This document shows, piece after piece, positions 26,833-39,784 of a stretch of DNA of 64,000 nucleotides. The notes under the pieces were generated by a model. That model ran no database searches and was not told the origin of the DNA. It saw only the letters and a program-made list of their open reading frames with translations. Source of the stretch: an uncultured delta proteobacterium (GTDB lineage: Bacteria > Myxococcota_A > Polyangia > Fen-1088); NCBI GenBank assembly GCA_963737265.1, contig CAVTRY010000011.1:928001-992000 (forward strand). Reading direction: 5' to 3'. The first letter of the stretch is position 1; each line of letters opens with the position of its first letter. The translations under genes were made by a program, and so were the position numbers.

Positions 26833-27636
26833 TTGACAATCCTTCAAGCTGCCATTCTCGGCCTCGTCCAGGGGATCACCGAGTTCCTTCCCATCTCATC
26901 CACCGCGCACCTGCGCCTGGTTCCCGCGGTCCTGTCCTGGCCCGACAGCGGGGCGGCCTTCACGGCGGTCCTTCAACTCGGCACCTTGCTTGCCGTCGTC
27001 GGCTTCTTTCTGCGCGATCTGGTGCGCATGATCGCCGCCGCGGCGAACCCCGCCACCCGCAAGAGTCTCGACGCGCGCATGTTGCTCTATATCGTCGCGG
27101 GCACCGTCCCCATCGGCATCGTCGGCCTGCTCGCCAAGCACGCCATCGAAGGACCGCTCCGTTCGATTCTGGTCATCGCCACCGCGATGGTTGTGGTCGC
27201 CATCGTCATGGCCATCGTGGAAAAGACCGCGCGCCACGAGCGTCCGGTCGAGTCCTTCACCTTGCGCGACGCCATGATCGTCGGTCTCGCCCAATGTCTC
27301 GCACTCGTGCCGGGCACCTCGCGTTCGGGAATCACCTTGATCGCGGCGATGATTCTGGGCTACCGGCGCGACACGGCCGCCCGGTTTTCATTTCTGCTTT
27401 CCATTCCGGCGGTGGCTGCGGCCGGGGTCTTCGAGCTCCCCAAGTTGCTGCATGGCCACGAAGTTGGGACGACCGCGCTCGTCGTCGGATTGGCGACCGC
27501 AGCGGTGTCGGGCTACCTCAGCGTCGCTTGGCTGCTGCGCTTTCTGCGCACGCGCACCACCTACGGCTTCGTTGTTTATCGCGTGGTGGTGGGACTCGCG
27601 CTGGTTGCCGCCGTGCTCGCCGGAAAAATTCACTAG
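26833..27636 (+). CDS. uppP: Undecaprenyl-diphosphatase
   Basis: QGITEFLPISSTAHL, PGTSRSGIT, ARFSFLLSIP. Confidence 0.95.
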   Translation: MTILQAAILGLVQGITEFLPISSTAHLRLVPAVLSWPDSGAAFTAVLQLGTLLAVVGFFLRDLVRMIAAAANPATRKSLDARMLLYIVAGTVPIGIVGLLAKHAIEGPLRSILVIATAMVVVAIVMAIVEKTARHERPVESFTLRDAMIVGLAQCLALVPGTSRSGITLIAAMILGYRRDTAARFSFLLSIPAVAAAGVFELPKLLHGHEVGTTALVVGLATAAVSGYLSVAWLLRFLRTRTTYGFVVYRVVVGLALVAAVLAGKIH

Positions 27637-27773
27637 CGCGATTCGAGTTTCGTTTCGCGCCTGTAGCACATGACTCGGTCCGAACCAGTGCTTTTTGTCC
27701 CCGCGATCCTGGACACCGACATGCATGCTGAGTATGATTCGCCGGCTTGTTCACGGAAATCCTAAGCAAGGCT

Positions 27774-27846
27774 GGGCCCATAGCTCAGCGGTCAGAGCTG
27801 GCGGCTCATAACCGCTCGGTCCCTGGTTCGAATCCAGGTGGGCCCA
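27774..27846 (+). tRNA. tRNA with CAT anticodon, most likely tRNA-Ile2 (lysidine)
   Basis: GGGCCCA/TGGGCCC acceptor and GGCGG-CTCATAA-CCGCT; lacks initiator features (C1 mismatch, GGG/CCC anticodon stem). Confidence 0.88.
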
Positions 27847-27921
27847 CTCCACTAGCGCCTGCCGGATTGCCCTTCGTCTCTCGTCGGAAATGTGGCCTGC
27901 AAGAAAGCCCAGGAGGAAAAG

Positions 27922-28668
27922 TTGCGCGATCAGCTTAAGCGTCTCGAGGAATTGCAACGATACGACGCTCAGATCCAAGAACTGACCAACGCACTTAAGG
28001 GGATACCGGCCAAGCTCGAAGCATCCCAAAGCGACTTTTCCAGAGTCGAAACGCTGTTGGAAAACGAGCGAGCTCAGCTGGCCGAGTCGCAGCGCTACTA
28101 CAGCGAGCAGAAGAGCCAGCTGCAAACGGACGAAACCTCGGCGACCGGCGCGAAGCACAAGCTTTCGCTGGCCAAGAATTCGAAAGAGTACGTGGCCGCC
28201 CAACGCGAGATGGAGCAGACGCGCGACAGCGTGCAGACGCGCGAGGAAGAGATCGCGAAGCTGATCGAAGCAGTGCAAGCCAAGGAGAAGCTGCTGGCCG
28301 AGCGGGCGGCTGAGCTCGAGGTGCTGCGCAAGTCCATCGACAAGGACGCCGAGGTGGCGCGCAAGAAGATGGCCGAGATTGAGGGCAAGATCGCCGAGAT
28401 CAAGGTCGGCCGCGACAAGGTCGCCGCCGCGGTCCGCCCCGAGGTGCTCAAACGCTACGGCGCCATTCGCATGCGCCGCGGGTTGGCCGTCACCACGGTT
28501 CGCAACGGCACCTGTCAGGGCTGCAACATGAACGTGCCGCCACAGCTTTTCAACGTGCTCCAGCGCGGCAACTCCATCGAGACCTGCCCCTACTGCCATC
28601 GCATCGTCTACTGGGAGGATCTGATGAAGGACGATCCTGCCGCCCAGCCCCAAGCCAAGGCGACCTAG
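27922..28668 (+). CDS. Coiled-coil C4 zinc-ribbon protein (DUF164/CT398-like)
   Basis: RBS GGAGG, long coiled coil, CQGC...CPYCHRIVY; upstream of rnpB. Confidence 0.88.
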   Translation: MRDQLKRLEELQRYDAQIQELTNALKGIPAKLEASQSDFSRVETLLENERAQLAESQRYYSEQKSQLQTDETSATGAKHKLSLAKNSKEYVAAQREMEQTRDSVQTREEEIAKLIEAVQAKEKLLAERAAELEVLRKSIDKDAEVARKKMAEIEGKIAEIKVGRDKVAAAVRPEVLKRYGAIRMRRGLAVTTVRNGTCQGCNMNVPPQLFNVLQRGNSIETCPYCHRIVYWEDLMKDDPAAQPQAKAT

Positions 28669-28701
28669 CACGTAGGTCGCCCCGGCGGGCGTCTATCGCG
28701 C

Positions 28702-28707
28702 TATACT
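28702..28707 (+). promoter_or_regulatory. Candidate -10 box (TATACT) for rnpB
   Basis: Lies 16 nt upstream of the predicted RNA 5' end. Confidence 0.45.
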
Positions 28708-28723
28708 GTCCCCGCTTCCCGCT

Positions 28724-29118
<395 letters not shown>

Positions 29119-29160
29119 AACGGGAAGCATTTTAGTCGGAAAGCTCGGCACGACGGGGAA

Positions 29161-29285
29161 AGAAACACAGAGGCGCAGAGGTCACAGCGGAACAGGAAGT
29201 GGACAAGAGGGAGGGGTTATTCGGAGCCGAATCCGAACCCTTTCCCGCTCCGTCCGTCTCTGCGTTCTCCGAGCCTCTGTGTTCT
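29161..29285. repeat. Imperfect inverted repeat of CACAGAG/GCAGAG units between rnpB and the uvrA 3' end
   Basis: AGAAACACAGAGGCGCAGAGGTCACAGCGG (29161-29190) versus the reverse complement of 29253-29285, AGAACACAGAGGCTCGGAGAACGCAGAGACGGA. Confidence 0.6.
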
Positions 29286-29297
29286 ATCCGGCACTTC

Positions 29298-32163
<2,866 letters not shown>

Positions 32164-32178
32164 TCGGGCGCGGAAGGT

Positions 32179-32778
32179 CTACTCGAAGAAATAGGCAATG
32201 CCCAGGGTTCCGGTCACGAATTCGCCGCCGCCCTGCGGAGATCCGGAGCCCGTGATGGCCTGTCCACCAATCATAATATCGTCGCTGTTGCCAAAGGTTG
32301 CACCAAGGCCGAGGTCAGCCAACAGCGCCACGTTGGGCACGATGAAAGCGCGAATCTGGCCACCAACCTCCAGGGACAGATCGAGTCGCGAATCGGAGGC
32401 CGCCGTGCCGGGATTGGCGGTCCAACTGATAAAGCCCAAGCCGCCGCCAAGAGAAAAGTCGGCGAAGGAAGCCGCGTGCAGGTGGTACCAGAATCTGCCG
32501 CCGATGGTGAAGCTGGTCGTGTCATTCCCGTTGGCCGCAGCGAAGCGATGGAGTCCTGTAAACCCATCAACGTGGAACCCGCCACCCGCGCTGCCCCAGG
32601 TGAAAAGAGCGCCGCTGGTTCCGTTGAGCATGGTGACGGCACCGACGCCTATGCCGCGTCCGTGGGAAGACGGAGCCGGGCTGATGGCCGCGCTCGCCGT
32701 GATTTGCGCTTGGGCAGGAGACGTGGTCAGGAATGCTGCGAGAAGGAAGATGCTGGTGGTGAGGAACAATCGACGCAT
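32179..32778 (-). CDS. Secreted protein, probable small outer-membrane beta-barrel
   Basis: RBS GGAGG, signal peptide, amphipathic Gly/aromatic strands, C-terminal GIAYFFE. Confidence 0.65.
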   Translation of the reverse strand: MRRLFLTTSIFLLAAFLTTSPAQAQITASAAISPAPSSHGRGIGVGAVTMLNGTSGALFTWGSAGGGFHVDGFTGLHRFAAANGNDTTSFTIGGRFWYHLHAASFADFSLGGGLGFISWTANPGTAASDSRLDLSLEVGGQIRAFIVPNVALLADLGLGATFGNSDDIMIGGQAITGSGSPQGGGEFVTGTLGIAYFFE

Positions 32779-32828
32779 TTGGACACCTCCTTGGTGACGT
32801 GGCGACGGTACTATAGTTAGCGGTTCCA

Positions 32829-34358
32829 ATGAAGCTCGGTCCTCGCGTCGCCGTTGTCACCACCCTGCTCATGGCTGCCGTGCTCGCGGCGGCCATGGGG
32901 GCCATGCTCGTCGTGCTCCGCGCGGATCAGCTGCGCGACCTCGATCGCGAAGCGCGTTCCTTGGCCGATGCCATCACCACCGGCCTCGAGCCTCTTGCAC
33001 CCGAGAACGCCAGCGAGGCGCTGAGAAACCGCGTGGCCGCGCTGTCATCAACGGGCAGTGCGTTTCGCCTGGAGGCCGTGGCTTGGGGAGCCCAGCGTCC
33101 CAACAACTCGTGGGCCGGGCTGGTCGAGGAAGCCACCAAGCTGGACGCACCGGTTGGCCGCCTTTTCGATCTGAAGGGGATGCCGCCTTTTTATGCCATG
33201 GCGATTCCTCTGCACAACGCCCCGCCCGGCGAAACCACGCGCCAGTTGGTGGCCTTCCTGGGCCTGGTGCGCGACGGCGAATTCATCGGCCAGGAAGTTC
33301 TGTCGACGGCGGAACGCCTGGTGCCGCTGCTCATCGTCTTCGTGGTCACCTTCGCCGTCGCGGTGTACGTCATGCTCATGCGCCGGGTGGCCACGCCCCT
33401 GCGCCGCCTGGTCGAGGCCATCGACGGCGTTTCCAAGGGCGACATGTCGCGCGCGGTGCTGCCCGAGCGGGAGGATGAGATCGGCAGCCTGGCCGGCCGG
33501 TTCAACGACATGATGAACTTTCTGCGCGAGGCACGCGAAAAAGAAGCGCGCGCCACCGCGGCTCGCGTCGCCACCGAGGCACACCTACGTCGCGCGGAGA
33601 AATTGGCCACCGTCGGCCAAATGGCGGCGGAGATCGCGCACGAGGTGGGCACTCCGCTCAACGTGATTGGCGGCCGGGCCCGCTCGTTGGCTCGGCGGGT
33701 GGCCGAGCCCGCCGACGTGCAGAAGAACGCCGAAATCATCTCGACCCAAGTCGATCGCATCACCAAGATCATTCGCCAAGTTCTCGACTCTTCCCGCAAG
33801 AACCGACCGACGGCAAGCGAAGTCGACGTGCTGAAAACGGTGCGAGAAACCCTCGAATTTGTGGACGAGAGCCTTAAACAGCACCACGTCGATGTGGATG
33901 TTCGTTGCGAGCCAGAGCTGCGCCCCGTTCCCGGCAATCCCGACGAAATCCAGCAGGTCTGTCTGAATCTGATCGTGAACGCGATTCACGCCATGCCCGA
34001 AGGCGGACAGATCGTCATCAATCTCGAATACGTGATTCGTCGCAAGGAAGGCCTCGACCTGGCGCCGCCCTCGCCCTACCTGATGTTGGAGTTTTCGGAC
34101 ACCGGCCCCGGCGTGCCGCAGGCGGACCGGGCGCGCATCTTCGACGCGTTCTTCACCACCAAGGAGGCTGGCGAGGGCAGCGGCCTCGGCCTCCCAGTCA
34201 GCCACGGCATCGTCAAGGACCACGATGGGTGGATGGAGGTCGGAGACCGGCCGGGCGGCGGGGCGATCTTTCGCGTCTTCCTGCCCATTCCGTCCGAGGC
34301 ACCGTCCCATGACGACGCCAAATCGGGCGCCACGCCCTCGCCCGCAACGCACGCATAG
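32829..34358 (+). CDS. HAMP-domain sensor histidine kinase (NtrB-like)
   Basis: Two TMs, HAMP (REDEIGSLA), AHEVGTPL, NLIVNAIHAM, DTGPG, GSGLGL. Confidence 0.93.
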   Translation: MKLGPRVAVVTTLLMAAVLAAAMGAMLVVLRADQLRDLDREARSLADAITTGLEPLAPENASEALRNRVAALSSTGSAFRLEAVAWGAQRPNNSWAGLVEEATKLDAPVGRLFDLKGMPPFYAMAIPLHNAPPGETTRQLVAFLGLVRDGEFIGQEVLSTAERLVPLLIVFVVTFAVAVYVMLMRRVATPLRRLVEAIDGVSKGDMSRAVLPEREDEIGSLAGRFNDMMNFLREAREKEARATAARVATEAHLRRAEKLATVGQMAAEIAHEVGTPLNVIGGRARSLARRVAEPADVQKNAEIISTQVDRITKIIRQVLDSSRKNRPTASEVDVLKTVRETLEFVDESLKQHHVDVDVRCEPELRPVPGNPDEIQQVCLNLIVNAIHAMPEGGQIVINLEYVIRRKEGLDLAPPSPYLMLEFSDTGPGVPQADRARIFDAFFTTKEAGEGSGLGLPVSHGIVKDHDGWMEVGDRPGGGAIFRVFLPIPSEAPSHDDAKSGATPSPATHA

Positions 34359-34384
34359 CGCGCCAAAACGGATAAGCTACGGCC

Positions 34385-36164
34385 ATGCCCAACCCGCCCA
34401 TCCGCTATCGCGTGGCGATGCCCGAGCCGCAAAGCCACGAATTCCACATCACGATGGAAATCCCGGCGCTGCCGGGACGGCAGGACATCGACGTCGTCTT
34501 TCCGGCTTGGGCTCCGGGAAGCTATCTCGTGCGCGACTTCTCCCGCCACATCTACGATTTGGAGATTGGAGGCGCGACACGCTCGAACGCGCATTCCCTG
34601 CCAACGCATCGACAAGGCGCGCTGGCGGCTGCGCGTCCTCGGTCGTGCGGTCACCATCCGCTATCGCGTGTTCGCCTTCGAAACCAGCGTGCGCACGTCG
34701 TTCCTGGACGACAGCCACGCCTTCTGGAACGGAACAAGCCTGTTTTTCTTCGTCGACGGCGAAAGCGAACGGCCGTGCGTGGTGACCGTCGAGCCGCCCG
34801 ACGACTGGCACATCAGCACCGCTTTGCCCGCGCTGCGCGGCCAGCGCAACACCTTCAGAGCCCGCGACTACGACGAGCTCGTGGACTCTCCCTTCGAGGT
34901 GGGGACGCACGAGCTGCTCGCTTTTCGCGTGGGCGGCGCGCGCTTCGAGGTTGCCTTGCAAGGGCGCACCAACGCGGACAAACGGCGTATTCTCACCGAT
35001 CTGCGCGCCATCACCCAAACCACGGGATCCATCTTCGGCGGCTTTCCTTTCGACCGTTACCTTTTCATCATCCACGCCCTGCCCCGCCGCGGTGGCGGAC
35101 TCGAACATGCGTGCTCGGCGACCCTCGACATCGCCGGGTTCTCCTTCGAGGATGAAAAGGCATACCAAGACTTCGACGAGCTCGCCGCGCATGAATTTCT
35201 TCACGCCTGGAATGTCAAACGCATCCGCGACCGCGACTTACGGCGCTTCGACTACAGCAAGGAAAACTACACCCGCCTGCTGTGGTTCCACGAAGGCTTC
35301 ACCGAGTATTTGCAAAAACTGATTCTGCTGCGCGCAGGCCTGCTTTCGGCCGAGCGCCATTTGAAGGATCTGGCCGAGGACTGGGGCCGCTACGTCGCGC
35401 GCCCCGGCCGCAACGTGACACCGCTTTCCGAGCTGTCCTACGAAGCCTGGATCAAGCAATACAAACCCGCCGACAACCACACCAACCGCATGGTGAGCTA
35501 CTACGACAAAGGGCGCTGGGCGGGCCTGGTGCTCGACCTTCTCCTGCGCTTTGCCACCAACGGACGCCTGGGCGTTCCCGATCTGTTTCGGCGCCTCTGG
35601 CTTCGTCACGGCGCGCGCGATCTTGCCATCGATGCATCCATCATCCGCAGCGAAGCCGAAGCCATCGCCGGCCGTTCTTTGGCGAGCTACTTCGGCCGAT
35701 TCATCGACGGCACGGCGGAATTGCCTGTGCCCCGGCTTCTGCGCGGCGCGGGCGTGCGGGTCGAGGCGCGCGCACTGGCGCTGCACGAAACCGCCGACGC
35801 CACCAAGGCGAGGCGCCTGCTCCCTTGGTGCGGGCTGGTATTTGCAACGACCGGCGATCGCGACGGTGCGGTGGTGAAGAACGTCGTGCCCGGCTCGCCG
35901 GCGTGGCAGGCGGGGATCACCTATGGCGACGAAGTGATCGCCGTCGATGGAACGCGCGTCGGCGCGACAACCGTCACCAAGCGCCTGGCCGACGGAGTGC
36001 CCGGGCAAGAGATCACGGCGAATCTCTTTCGCGGCGACCGGCTGATCGAAGTCAGGGTCCGGCTTGTCCGCAACCCCGAGCGCAAGTGGGTTTTCTCCGC
36101 CGCCCCCGAGGCATCGCCAAGAAAGAAACTCTTGCGCGGTCGATGGCTCGGAGTTACGGGCTAG
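34385..36164 (+). CDS. M61-family metallo-aminopeptidase with PDZ domain (apparent frameshift ~34580)
   Basis: PAWAPGSYLVRDF, ELVDSP, GGGLEH, HEFLHAWNVKRI, WFHEGFT, SYYDKG. Confidence 0.9.
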
Positions 36165-38463
36165 GAAACTCGTAGGCCCCGATATCGAATCCGTTGCCGG
36201 ACGGTCGTGGTTGGCCGTCGCCGTCGGTCGCAGGCGCGCCCGTCGCCGTTCCCCGATCGATGCAGGGCGAAGCAGCCGTGAGGTGAAGATCGATCGGATA
36301 GGTCACGAATTTTGGATCGCTCGAGATATTCTTCTCGGCGCCCGCGAGCAAGTTGACCTGTGCCGCCGTCAGAGCATCCGTGGCGGCGCGGCGATAGAGG
36401 ACCGCGGCGGTGTCCGAAGGCACCGCCAGAATTTGCGCGTGCAGATCGTTGTTTTCCACCAGGCGCGCGGTGGCGGTGGCGGACTCGACCACGCCGAAGC
36501 CGGTGGCGCAGGCGCCGGCCAAGATGATGTTGTTGCGCAGAATTCCCGCGGGCACGTTGTCGCCTGCCGCGCGGTCGATCGTCACACCTGTGCTCTGGCA
36601 ACTGCCCATTCCGGCCATGGGATCGATGTCGTTCGAATTCACGTCCGGCTCTGCCGAGCTCGGGCCAAGGAGGATGCTCAGCCCCGCGAAGGTCGACGAT
36701 GGGTTTGCGGCGATGCACTGGCCGCCGAAGATTCGGTTGTTTTGCACGCGGGCGGACGAGTCATCGAGGACGAGACCCGTCGTCGCGTCCGTTCCGCAGC
36801 CGCCGTTCACCAGGTTGCTGTCGACCAAGGCCCCGGCACCAGAAACCCTGAGCCCCACCACCTGCGCGCCCCTTCCGCCGGTGATGTTGTTGCCCGCAAC
36901 CCCAGCGCAGCTTCCGGGGTCGCACTGGACCGCGACCACGTTGGCGGTTCTTCCGGCGTTGCTGGTCACGCCCGCACCACCGCACAGCGTATTCGCGACG
37001 ATGGTCGACGGCGATGCCGAGGAATTGGTGACGACCACGGCGGACGAGTTGGCCGAGGGGTCGGCAGCGGTCGTCACTCCCCGGCGCCCGCGGATTCCGA
37101 GGCTGCCCCCCACCGCGCCGCAATCCGATTGGCAGATGCCTTGCGGATTGCCGTCGCAGTTGTTGCGCAGCACGACCCTGCCACCGTCGACGTGGACGCC
37201 GACGGCGGTGACCCGACCTTGGCCGCCGCCAATCGAGGATCCGATGATGGTGACTTGACCACCGCCGCCGACGTCGACCCCGTAGGTGGTGTCGGCAACT
37301 GGCGCGTCCGTAACGAAGATCGCGCTCAGGGTGATGTTCTGTCCACCGGCCACCTGCACCGCACTGACCGGTCCTGCCGTCGCCGAACCGTTTGGCGGCG
37401 AGAATCGCTGGATGGCGAATCCTCCAAGCTCGGTATGAGTCGTGATGCTTGGATCGAACACCACCCCAAGGGGCGAAGTCGCGAATTGAATCGCGGTGGT
37501 GGGCCCCGACCCGCCACAATAGATGAGTCCAGCGTCCGCGAAGGCATAGTTGCCATGCGCGAGAACTCCGTTGGCCATGGTCAGCCCTGCGGATACGGTG
37601 TACGTGAACGAGTCGGCGCACGTGGCACCGCCCGATACGCACAAGCGCCGGGCGACCCCACCGTCGGGCTGAGCGGCGAAATCGATTGCGGCCTGAAGGG
37701 TCGCGAAGGGATTGGCGGAGGTGCCGTCGGCTGTCGAGTCGTCTCCCGTGGGAGAGACCACCACGCAATCCGCGGTGCAGCCTTCGTCGGTCATCCCGTT
37801 GCAGTTGTCGTCGATGCCGTTGCAAATCTCGGCGACCGGCAGCACTTCGCTGCACGGCCCCCAAATTCCCGCCGCGCAGGTCTGCGTGCCGGCGTGGCAC
37901 GCGCCGACGAGCGGGTTGGCCAAGGAAACGCAGCTACGCATCTCGCCGTCCTGGCAGGGCGAAGAAGAGTCGGTATCTAACTCGTCTACGGCCGAAGCAT
38001 CGAGGACGATGACCACACCAGCCTCGGACGGCTCCGCCGTCGCCCCGTCAAGCGAGGCTGGCGCATCCCTGGCACCGTCCGGCGACACGTCAACATCGAA
38101 CGCACCATCCAGCTTCGCCGCGGAGCCGCCCTCGCCACCATCGCGTAGCGCTTGCGTATCACCTGTGCCCCCCGCCGAGCTGTCGAGCACTCCCCCGGCT
38201 TCTAGTGTCTGGCGACCTGCATCTCGGGATCCGGCGTTCGAGTCGGCCCCGTCGCCGCGCGATCCATCGCGAAGAAATGCGCCGACGTCTCCAGTCCTGG
38301 TGTCGCGGGCCGGACCGTCCGGCGACCCCGACGCGTCCTTGGACATGGACGCGTCGGGCGGGCTGGCAAGCTGAAGATAGGCCGGGTTGTGTTCGCGGCA
38401 GCCGCCCAGGAAAAGCCCAAGAAGAAGACCTGCGGTTGCGAGAGAAACGCGTGCGACTTTCAA
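36154..38463 (-). CDS. Large lipoprotein with a Cys-rich EICNGIDDNC motif and beta-helix region
   Basis: Lipobox LGGC, DA/DG low-complexity linker, GTSANPFATLQAAI, parallel beta-helix-like repeats, C-terminal LTAASPCIDRG...DIGAYE. Confidence 0.75.
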   Translation of the reverse strand: MKVARVSLATAGLLLGLFLGGCREHNPAYLQLASPPDASMSKDASGSPDGPARDTRTGDVGAFLRDGSRGDGADSNAGSRDAGRQTLEAGGVLDSSAGGTGDTQALRDGGEGGSAAKLDGAFDVDVSPDGARDAPASLDGATAEPSEAGVVIVLDASAVDELDTDSSSPCQDGEMRSCVSLANPLVGACHAGTQTCAAGIWGPCSEVLPVAEICNGIDDNCNGMTDEGCTADCVVVSPTGDDSTADGTSANPFATLQAAIDFAAQPDGGVARRLCVSGGATCADSFTYTVSAGLTMANGVLAHGNYAFADAGLIYCGGSGPTTAIQFATSPLGVVFDPSITTHTELGGFAIQRFSPPNGSATAGPVSAVQVAGGQNITLSAIFVTDAPVADTTYGVDVGGGGQVTIIGSSIGGGQGRVTAVGVHVDGGRVVLRNNCDGNPQGICQSDCGAVGGSLGIRGRRGVTTAADPSANSSAVVVTNSSASPSTIVANTLCGGAGVTSNAGRTANVVAVQCDPGSCAGVAGNNITGGRGAQVVGLRVSGAGALVDSNLVNGGCGTDATTGLVLDDSSARVQNNRIFGGQCIAANPSSTFAGLSILLGPSSAEPDVNSNDIDPMAGMGSCQSTGVTIDRAAGDNVPAGILRNNIILAGACATGFGVVESATATARLVENNDLHAQILAVPSDTAAVLYRRAATDALTAAQVNLLAGAEKNISSDPKFVTYPIDLHLTAASPCIDRGTATGAPATDGDGQPRPSGNGFDIGAYEFPSP

Positions 38464-38544
38464 GCTAGTCCTCCACCATCGGGTTGGCCGATTGTATCAG
38501 TTGTAGTGTCAACCGGGCTCGTTCCTTTGTAGAATGTTGCGTCT

Positions 38545-39603
38545 ATGCTGACCCCTTTGCTGGCTTCGCGGCGTTCGTGTCTGCTGTGCAGTCCGCTGTC
38601 CTTCCTGCGGTCTTGCCTCGGCGTGGTGATCCTTCTCGCGACTACCGGCGCGCCTTCCGCTCGCGCCGAACCTGAAGCCTCTGGCGCCCAACGCGTGGCC
38701 ATCGCTCGCCTCGACTTCGAGGGAAAGATCCCCGAGGGATTGCAGGATCTCTTCTCGCAACGTCTTGTTGAAGGATTGTCGGCGGCGCACTTCGAGGTCC
38801 TGCGCGGGGACGATGTTCGCCAAAAATTGTCCGGACGAGAATCCTCGCTGGTCGATTGTCGGGATGCGTCCTGCTATCCCGCCGTGGCCGCCGCGCTGGC
38901 GGCGAGCTACCTCATCACGGCACGCGTGGCGGAAAGCAACAAGACCTACACCATCGTCATGGAAATCATCAACGGCCGCACTGGCGGCGTGTTGGCCAGC
39001 AACCGCGAGAGCTGCGAGACCTGCGGCGCCGAAGAAGCCGGCGAGAAGATGGGCTTGGCGGCTTCGGCACTGCGCGATCGCCTTGAAGCCGTCGCGCGCG
39101 CGCCGGCCCGATTCGTCATCCGGTCGCATCCAGCGGGCGCGACGGTGGTGATGGACGACAAGCCTGTCGGTGTTACTCCGCTCGATGCCGATCTGACCGG
39201 CGGGGCGCACAGCATGCAGTTGCTGCTCGCGGGTTACGACGCGCTTTCGCGATCGTTCACCGTCGTGAGCGGCGTCGACGAGACCATGGACCTGTCGCTG
39301 GTGGGGATTCCATCCAAGTTTCCCTTCCGCACGGCGGGTTGGGCAAGCGCGGCCGGTGGCGTGGCGTTGCTTGTCGCCGGGATCCTGACCATGAGCCTCG
39401 ACAACAGTGAAATCGGCTGCTCGGCTCAGGAGCGGGACCTGAACGGCCACTGCCCGTGGGTGCGATCGACCAAATGGTGGGGGGCAACGATGATCGGCGC
39501 TGGCGCGGCCGCCACCACCGTCGGCGGATTCTTTCTGTATCTGGCCCCCCCCGCCGGTCGCACGATCATCGGCGCGAGCGCCGGATTTTCGCGCCCGTTC
39601 TGA
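38545..39603 (+). CDS. PEGA-domain protein
   Basis: IRSHPAGATVVMDDKPVGVTPL; C-terminal hydrophobic segments. Confidence 0.8.
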   Translation: MLTPLLASRRSCLLCSPLSFLRSCLGVVILLATTGAPSARAEPEASGAQRVAIARLDFEGKIPEGLQDLFSQRLVEGLSAAHFEVLRGDDVRQKLSGRESSLVDCRDASCYPAVAAALAASYLITARVAESNKTYTIVMEIINGRTGGVLASNRESCETCGAEEAGEKMGLAASALRDRLEAVARAPARFVIRSHPAGATVVMDDKPVGVTPLDADLTGGAHSMQLLLAGYDALSRSFTVVSGVDETMDLSLVGIPSKFPFRTAGWASAAGGVALLVAGILTMSLDNSEIGCSAQERDLNGHCPWVRSTKWWGATMIGAGAAATTVGGFFLYLAPPAGRTIIGASAGFSRPF

Positions 39604-39756
39604 AGAACTGTCCAAAAATTGGACAGGTCATCAGCAGCCGAGCCAAGGGCTCGGCCGCAGGTGGGGTGAAGTCCGCGAATTTACTTCGCGGACGAGGGGA
39701 GGGCAGCGGCCCTCCCTTCAAAAATCTTCAAGACGGGTCCATTTATGGACACGTCT
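39604..39756 (+). mobile_element. MITE-like element, 153 bp, 16-bp imperfect TIRs, TGA target duplication
   Basis: Left end AGAACTGTCCAAAAAT versus reverse-complemented right end AGACGTGTCCATAAAT (13/16). TGA at 39601-39603 and 39757-39759; internal hairpins; second copy at 26713. Confidence 0.8.
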
Positions 39757-39784
39757 TGAGCGCAAGCGCTCGAAATCCGACGTT

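Noticed and set aside
27774-27846. Initiator tRNA-fMet
   Set aside because: It has a paired G1-C72 and lacks the three G-C pairs of the initiator anticodon stem. Ile2 is favoured; elongator Met is not fully excluded.
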